DNA of 64,000 nt, taken from the NCBI GenBank assembly GCA_003731685.1, contig RCNO01000005.1:980-64979 (forward strand). Direction: 5' to 3'. The notes beneath the pieces were generated by a model, which saw nothing but the letters and a program-made list of their open reading frames with translations, ran no database searches and was not told where the DNA came from. The translations under genes were made by a program, and so were the position numbers. This document shows positions 58,585-64,000 of this stretch, one piece after another. Numbering within the stretch: the stretch's first letter is position 1; every line of letters begins with the position of its first letter. The DNA is from Bacteroidetes/Chlorobi group bacterium MS-B_bin-24 (GTDB lineage Bacteria > Bacteroidota > Ignavibacteria > Kapaibacteriales > UBA2268).

Positions 58585-59934
58585 GTGAAAAAAATATTTG
58601 TTCACAGCATTTTGTTTTTCCTTCTTTTAGCGTCGTTTACTGGTTGCAATTTTGAAAGAATGATTAATAAGCTTGCAATGAAAAAAATGGCGCCCCGCAA
58701 GTTATCCATTGAAAATCTACAACTGGAGAAAACGATTTCTAAATGTATTGCTTTGGATACGATTTTAAATACAAACTTTAGAATATCTTTATTGGAAGGG
58801 CTAAATACGTTTATTCCAAGGCCTTTCCCCCTTTGCAAAAAATTTTACTTTGCGGTAAAGGATTCTAATTGTTATCAACTTTTTTTCTATGACCTAACTG
58901 AAAAAACTTTAAGCAAAATCCCACTACTGATAGATTCAAGTGATTTTCAAGAAGATAAAAATACAAAGACTGGGACCGTGGTAGATATTGCTTTAAATGA
59001 AAAATATCTTGTGCTTGCAACCGAAAAAATTGCTTTTGTCTTTTCTCGAAATGATGATAGAACCTTCCGTTATAGGTTTGGCTTTGAAATACCAAGCTCA
59101 ATAAACGGATTCTTTGTAAAAGATGAATATCTCTATCTCGTAGATTTGAGATATTCAAGTAAGGCCAAAAACTCTGAAGGAACGAGGCTCATTATTATTA
59201 ATTTGGTTGAAAAAAAGTTAGTGGGGATTTTACCAATTCCAATAGAACATTTGGAGTTTCTAATCTATGCCCCCAACAAATATTGGGCAGTTAACCTGTC
59301 TCGCAACTTATTTTTGTTAGCAAATCCTTTGAAATTAGAATTTCACATTTATAAATTGAACAATTTTGATTTGGCCTATAGAATCACTGATACAGCGAAT
59401 ATATACTGGAAAGATTTTAAATCTGAATACTACGATACCCTTTGCAAAACAAATAAAGAACTATTGCGTAAAGACACTACAAGAGTACAACCAGCTTCTT
59501 TTATTTACAAACTTGGTAATGTGTTCGATGAAGCTGAAGGTTCGAAAATTGTTTTTGTCGATTTCGTTGATGACACCACTTTTTGGGTAACATACACGAG
59601 CGAAAATCCTAAAATGAAAAAAAATAAAGTTTTCTATTGCGACATTTGGCGGTATGATTTAAGAAGAAATAGTTGGTTTAAACTCGATACAGGCCTTGTT
59701 GATGCACCTCCTGTTGGCAAATTAAAGGCTACAAAGGAAAACTTTTATTTATTGAGCTGGTCATTTCCCCCTTCCTTTTCAGATAAATATATTGCAAATT
59801 TCCAACTTTCTGCCCCTATGGAAATAATGTTACCAAAAGATAACGAAACTTACGAAGAAATTTTTAAGAAACGTGACCAATTTTTCTCGGATAAAGAACC
59901 TTTATGGCAACTTTATATTTACAAGTGGAAATAA
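58585..59934 (+). CDS. hypothetical lipoprotein (beta-propeller-like?)
   Basis: GTG 58585 is preceded by AGGAGG (58570-58575) and gives VKKIFVHSILFFLLLASFTGC, a lipobox. I recognise no catalytic motif. The gene has low G+C. Confidence 0.5.
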   Translation: MKKIFVHSILFFLLLASFTGCNFERMINKLAMKKMAPRKLSIENLQLEKTISKCIALDTILNTNFRISLLEGLNTFIPRPFPLCKKFYFAVKDSNCYQLFFYDLTEKTLSKIPLLIDSSDFQEDKNTKTGTVVDIALNEKYLVLATEKIAFVFSRNDDRTFRYRFGFEIPSSINGFFVKDEYLYLVDLRYSSKAKNSEGTRLIIINLVEKKLVGILPIPIEHLEFLIYAPNKYWAVNLSRNLFLLANPLKLEFHIYKLNNFDLAYRITDTANIYWKDFKSEYYDTLCKTNKELLRKDTTRVQPASFIYKLGNVFDEAEGSKIVFVDFVDDTTFWVTYTSENPKMKKNKVFYCDIWRYDLRRNSWFKLDTGLVDAPPVGKLKATKENFYLLSWSFPPSFSDKYIANFQLSAPMEIMLPKDNETYEEIFKKRDQFFSDKEPLWQLYIYKWK

Positions 59935-59957
59935 CTATTAAAGATTTTTAAAGAATT

Positions 59958-60476
59958 ATGAAATACATAAATTTAGTTTTTCTAGTTTTGCTACTGATAG
60001 GCTGTAAAAGTAATGATTATTTTATTTATGACCTTTCTGGGACAGCCTTTAATGTAAATGATATTTACCAGGAAAGTAACGAATTAATTTTTGTTGTTGT
60101 AGATTTCGTTTCCTGTCACGAATGTTTCATTAATTTATCAAAGTTTTTATCGGACTCTTCATATTTTTTTGAAAGGTCAAAGGTTGTTTTGATTGGGCTA
60201 ACTTCAAATAATTCCGTAGCTGAAAAAAAATTTTATTTGAGAACATTTGAAAAATATTTAGAAAAATATGCACAGAACGCTTTCTTTGTTGCTCGAGATA
60301 ATAATTTTGTAAAAAGTATTATTCCCTGCAATTTGGGTTCACCCAGTTTATTGATTTGGCAAAGAAAGGAAAATAAATTTACATATTTACCCTACAAAGA
60401 ATTATTTGATAGCAACAATTCTAAAATTACAGAATATGCAATAAGAAAATTAAAGAAGATTTTATTAAAAAGCTAA
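59958..60476 (+). CDS. hypothetical lipoprotein with a thioredoxin-fold-like CxxC
   Basis: The lipobox is LLLIGC. The sequence LIFVVVDFVSCHECFINLSKFL matches the beta-strand-CxxC-helix arrangement of TlpA/redoxin proteins. The gene has very low G+C. Confidence 0.4.
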   Translation: MKYINLVFLVLLLIGCKSNDYFIYDLSGTAFNVNDIYQESNELIFVVVDFVSCHECFINLSKFLSDSSYFFERSKVVLIGLTSNNSVAEKKFYLRTFEKYLEKYAQNAFFVARDNNFVKSIIPCNLGSPSLLIWQRKENKFTYLPYKELFDSNNSKITEYAIRKLKKILLKS

Positions 60477-60581
60477 ATTTTTAGTATTTGCACTTTGAAA
60501 TTTGCGTATTAACTGAATTTTTTAATTAAAATAATTCCTCCATATATTCGACAAACAACAATTTGGTTACATTTAGAGAGG

Positions 60582-61055
60582 ATGAAGATGAGTCCGTCGA
60601 TTGCGGAATTAATTCAAACAATGCTTGCCCCAGGGGTAATGGTTTCGGCTTGCTCACTGATGTTGCTTGTTACCAACAATAAGTATTCTGCTGTTGTAGA
60701 TAGGATACGACAATTGAACGAGGAAAAACGAGATTTATCGGAAGGCGTTAGGTCGAATTTGACTAATGAGCAGGTGATTTCTCGCTTGGAGTCCGTAAAA
60801 CAGCAATTGGATTTATTCGAGCGAAGAATCCCATTCATTGTTAGAGCAGTTCTTTCATATACTATTGCCATTGCTCTGTATGTTTTAACATCACTTTTGA
60901 TTGGCTTCAGTTATGCTTTCCATCTTGACCTACGGGCTGAGACCTTTGTTATCTTCCTATTAGGAATGTTTGCTGTGGTAATTGGTAGCATTTACCTGGC
61001 GCGTGAAATCATCTGGGGCTACAAGATTGCTCTGGTCGAAATTAAAAGCTCATAG
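60582..61055 (+). CDS. DUF2721-like membrane protein
   Basis: 157 aa. It has an N-terminal helix LAPGVMVSACSLMLLVTNNKYSAVVDRIRQLNEE, then a charged linker, then two C-terminal TM helices. This is the layout I recall for DUF2721. Confidence 0.5.
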   Translation: MKMSPSIAELIQTMLAPGVMVSACSLMLLVTNNKYSAVVDRIRQLNEEKRDLSEGVRSNLTNEQVISRLESVKQQLDLFERRIPFIVRAVLSYTIAIALYVLTSLLIGFSYAFHLDLRAETFVIFLLGMFAVVIGSIYLAREIIWGYKIALVEIKSS

Positions 61056-61091
61056 ACAACGAAACTCGAAGTGCTTTGGAACAATTTGGAT

Positions 61092-61124
61092 AGACATCGG
61101 ATGTTTGCTAAACATCCGATGTCT
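61092..61124. repeat. 33-bp palindromic intergenic repeat, copy 5 (loop GCT)
   Basis: AGACATCGGATGTTT-GCT-AAACATCCGATGTCT. It lies between the convergent DUF2721 and purD genes. Confidence 0.95.
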
Positions 61125-61218
61125 TTATCGAACTAAGGAACAACTTGTTAAATAACTTTATTTTTAAATGGATTTCATATGTCCTTTGGATGCAATTCTA
61201 AACCTTTTCCACTGCGAG

Positions 61219-62505
61219 CTATTTGATATACCTTAAGCCTTTTTTACCGATATCGGTTCGGTAGTATTTGTTTTGGAAATTGATGAGTTTGGCTCCTTCG
61301 TATGCTTTGGCTATGGAAGCTTCGAGGGAATGGGAGATTCCTACAACACCGAGAACCCTTCCACCATCGGTTACGATTTTTCCATTGAGTTTTTTCGTGC
61401 CCGAGTGGAATACGATGCAGCCAGAATTCTCCGCATTTTCTATTCCAGTGATTTCAAAGCCTTTTTCGTAGCTATCGGGATAGCCCTTCGAAGCCAAAAT
61501 GACACAGCAGGCAAATTTATTTTCGTAACCAGCATAATAAGATTTGTTTAATTTCCCCTCGGCAATTGAGTAGAGCAGGGAAGAGAAATCCCCTTGCAAT
61601 AAAGGCAACACGGCTTGGGTTTCGGGGTCTCCAAATCGGCAATTGAATTCAACCACCTTTGGCTTGTTTTGGTGAATCATCAACCCAGCATACAAGCAAC
61701 CTGCGAAGGGACATCCTTCGTCTGCCATTCCCTTTATTGCTGGGCGGATAATACTTGCTTCGATTTCGGCAATCAAGTCGTTCGATATAAGTGGAGTTGG
61801 GGCGTAAGAGCCCATCCCACCAGTGTTTTTGCCTTGGTCGTTATCGAAAATACGCTTATGGTCTTGAGCTGTTGGAAGGATTATATAATCACTACCATCG
61901 GTTAAGGCAAGAATCGAAGCCTCGTCGCCTTCGAGGTATTCTTCGATTACAACTTTCTTGCCCGCTTCCTTGAAAATTCCTGAAAACATCGATTTAACTG
62001 TGCTTCGGGCTTCGTCGTGGGAATTGCAAATAACAACGCCTTTCCCAGCAGCGAGTCCATCGGCTTTGACTACAATCGGTGGATTTAGCGTGGATATGTA
62101 TTCCATTGCTTTCGTTTCTTGGGAACTATCGAACGAGGCAAAACTTGCCGTTGGGATGTTGTGTCGAATCATAAATTCTTTGGCAAAAGATTTTGAAGAT
62201 TCGATTCTCGCTGCTTCTTTTGTGGGTCCAAAAGCAGGTATGCTCTCTTTTTTCAATTCATTTACCAGACCTCTTGAAAGCGGTGCTTCGGGACCGACAA
62301 CAACAAGGTCGATTTTCTGAGTTGTGCAAAACTTTGCGATTTCGGTGAAATTGTTTTCATCGAGCTGAACATAATCGGCAAGACTTAGAATTCCTGCGTT
62401 AGTTCCAGCGGAAAAAAGCTTGGCTTGGGGCGTGGATTGTTTTATTTTCCAAGCCAGAGCGTGTTCTCGTCCTCCATTGCCAACAAGAAGAATATTCATA
62501 AGCAT
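61219..62505 (-). CDS. purD: phosphoribosylamine--glycine ligase
   Basis: 428 aa. The N-terminus is NILLVGNGGREHALAWK. It has an ATP-grasp core and RFGDPETQ. Confidence 0.95.
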   Translation of the reverse strand: MLMNILLVGNGGREHALAWKIKQSTPQAKLFSAGTNAGILSLADYVQLDENNFTEIAKFCTTQKIDLVVVGPEAPLSRGLVNELKKESIPAFGPTKEAARIESSKSFAKEFMIRHNIPTASFASFDSSQETKAMEYISTLNPPIVVKADGLAAGKGVVICNSHDEARSTVKSMFSGIFKEAGKKVVIEEYLEGDEASILALTDGSDYIILPTAQDHKRIFDNDQGKNTGGMGSYAPTPLISNDLIAEIEASIIRPAIKGMADEGCPFAGCLYAGLMIHQNKPKVVEFNCRFGDPETQAVLPLLQGDFSSLLYSIAEGKLNKSYYAGYENKFACCVILASKGYPDSYEKGFEITGIENAENSGCIVFHSGTKKLNGKIVTDGGRVLGVVGISHSLEASIAKAYEGAKLINFQNKYYRTDIGKKGLRYIK

Positions 62506-62556
62506 CCATAAATTTTTTGAAAAAACGAAATTACTATTTGAAATTTTAAACAGAGA

Positions 62557-62982
62557 TTAAAACTCATTTTCTATGTTTTCAAGGGTGCTATTGGAAATTT
62601 GTTCGTTAATGTATGCAGAAATCGACCTCGCTTTGAATAAAGTTTCTTTACCGAACTTAAATGGGATTTCAAGAGTATTGCTTTCAGTAACAGCATTATT
62701 TTTCGTGTTTGCGAATGGTGTATCGATAATCTTGCCTAATGATTTTAACCTAATTATTAGCTTTCTCGAAAAGATAGAGCTTTTAACTTCTGCATTAATA
62801 ATTTCCGAGAAATCAATTTTAATCGTTTTGAGGTCGGATTTTAACAAACCAACAACACTGTCTTTTGTATAATATTCAATTATAACAGAATCTTTTGTCA
62901 GAAAGAGTATGCCCTCGCAAATAGCAAAGCCAAAGTAAATATCTTTTAGTCTAAAATTCAAGACTGTATCGGGCAAAAGCAT
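62557..62982 (-). CDS. hypothetical protein (141 aa)
   Basis: An ORF with no recognised motif. The spacing to purD is compact (51 nt). It may have a small beta-rich (PH-like) fold. Confidence 0.4.
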   Translation of the reverse strand: MLLPDTVLNFRLKDIYFGFAICEGILFLTKDSVIIEYYTKDSVVGLLKSDLKTIKIDFSEIINAEVKSSIFSRKLIIRLKSLGKIIDTPFANTKNNAVTESNTLEIPFKFGKETLFKARSISAYINEQISNSTLENIENEF

Positions 62983-63134
62983 ATATTTCGATATATTTTT
63001 AATTCAATAAAATTTATCTGCTTATTTCAATTAACCTTTCGCTTTACTTACTTTAATTAGCAAAATCCAAACATTTCCAAAAAAGCTTCATCGTATTATC
63101 CTCAAAAAACACAACTTACTAACTCTTCCTCATT

Positions 63135-64000
63135 CTATTCCTTAATGACGAGAACAGGGAAAGCGATGTGGGTTTTTCCATTCTGGAACAGAATCCAGTA
63201 GCAACCCGAATCGTAACTCTTCAAGTCGATTTCAACTCTACCATTCGCATAGTTCAATTTTTCCATTTTTAATAATTTGCCAAGAATATTGTAAATCGAA
63301 ATCGTAGTGTTTGCAAAAGCCGAGCCATCGATGTTAAATTCAAAAACATTATTATTGCTTTTTGCTAATTCAACAAACAAGTTGTCCGATTCGTTCTGCA
63401 CAAAGTTTTCCGAAACAACGTTTGCACGAACAGGTATTGTTACAACAGGATTCTTTTTGTCATTCGTATAAAAGGTTAAACTTGTCGAAACTTTGCCTGT
63501 CTTTTTGGGTGTCAATGTAATGTAAACAACAAGCGAATCGCCAAAGGACAAGTCCCATTTTCCGCTTTGATTTGCAGGAGGTTCGAATTTAGTTATTGCG
63601 AATCCTTTGCTTTCGCCAAGAACCAAATCGAAATTCCAAACAGAAATGCCTTTTAGATTTTTTGGTTTGATGATAGCTTTGCAAGTCGTAGTTTGGTTCA
63701 GCGATACGTCACCGAAAAGCAAAGTATCGGGCGAATATTGAACTGCTGGCTGGTCTTCGGTGTAAAAGAAGAAATGCAAAGATTTACCAAAATCGACATT
63801 CGGTTGATAAAGTGTTAAGTTATCGCTATTAATTTGCAATAACCCGTTGTTTAATCCAAAGTTCCTTTGGTAAAACCAAAATCCCAATCCACATTCAAAT
63901 TCATTGAAAAAGCTGAATTCATAGCATCCATCCTCAAGATAAACACTATCGATATAGGTCGAAGATGGAAGGAAGTCGTTTTTTGCGATAATTACATCAT
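63135..64000 (-). CDS. secreted protein with a T9SS C-terminal sorting domain; its 5' part lies beyond the window end
   Basis: My own translation shows the frame stays open from 63887 to 64000 (...DVIIAKNDFLPSSTYIDSVYLEDGCYEFSFFNEFECG-L-GFWFYQ). The track start is therefore an internal TTG. The C-terminal tail is TTISIYNILGKLLKMEKLNYANGRVEIDLKSYDSGCYWILFQNG. Confidence 0.7.
   Translation of the reverse strand, partial: DVIIAKNDFLPSSTYIDSVYLEDGCYEFSFFNEFECGLGFWFYQRNFGLNNGLLQINSDNLTLYQPNVDFGKSLHFFFYTEDQPAVQYSPDTLLFGDVSLNQTTTCKAIIKPKNLKGISVWNFDLVLGESKGFAITKFEPPANQSGKWDLSFGDSLVVYITLTPKKTGKVSTSLTFYTNDKKNPVVTIPVRANVVSENFVQNESDNLFVELAKSNNNVFEFNIDGSAFANTTISIYNILGKLLKMEKLNYANGRVEIDLKSYDSGCYWILFQNGKTHIAFPVLVIKE

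Noticed and set aside
7075-61124. Interpreting the 33-bp palindromes simply as rho-independent terminators.
   Set aside because: None has a flanking T-run on either strand. One follows a separate canonical terminator, and one lies between divergent promoters. Identical stem sequences across loci are not expected for independent terminators. A role in transcript 3'-end formation is still possible but is not sufficient as an explanation.

Overview
This is a 64-kb stretch of a moderately AT-rich bacterial chromosome. It is densely coded, with about 58 protein genes and one tRNA, and most genes are housekeeping. Recognisable genes include eno, trxA, asnS, pdxH, lipA, a short 286-aa primary sigma factor, glyQS, hflX, mfd, tsaB, pheT, alr, rsmI, cdsA, gcvT and purD.

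Several cell-envelope and behaviour genes are interspersed:
- a fliL-fliM-fliN-fliO flagellar switch operon
- at least three secreted proteins with type IX secretion (T9SS) C-terminal sorting domains
- several beta-barrel and OmpA-like outer-membrane proteins
- a two-component pair whose regulator and kinase lie 4.7 kb apart
- a large GAF/PP2C membrane phosphatase

T9SS cargo together with flagellar genes and a Bacteroidetes-like short sigma-A suggests an FCB-group organism such as Ignavibacteriota or a Kapabacteria-like lineage. This placement is inference only.

I saw no rRNA, CRISPR array, transposase, integrase or phage gene, and no convincing multi-gene defence-like novel system.

The most unusual signal is non-coding. 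A family of 33-bp perfect palindromes (AGACATCGGATGTTT-N3-AAACATCCGATGTCT) has five intact intergenic copies and a cluster of three decayed copies near 50.2 kb.

Secondary candidates:
- a signal-peptide-bearing protein that is 44 % Lys and 22 % Glu, built from a 78-bp tandem duplication, in a neighbourhood with a second Lys/Glu-rich secreted protein, a beta-barrel and ComEA
- a low-GC pair of orphan lipoprotein genes at 58.6-60.5 kb
- a 638-bp gene-free AT-rich region upstream of pheT
- an alkyltransferase-like (ATL) protein in which the catalytic Cys is replaced by Ala

Several track ORFs carry spurious 5' extensions. I trimmed these to starts that expose signal peptides or conserved N-termini.
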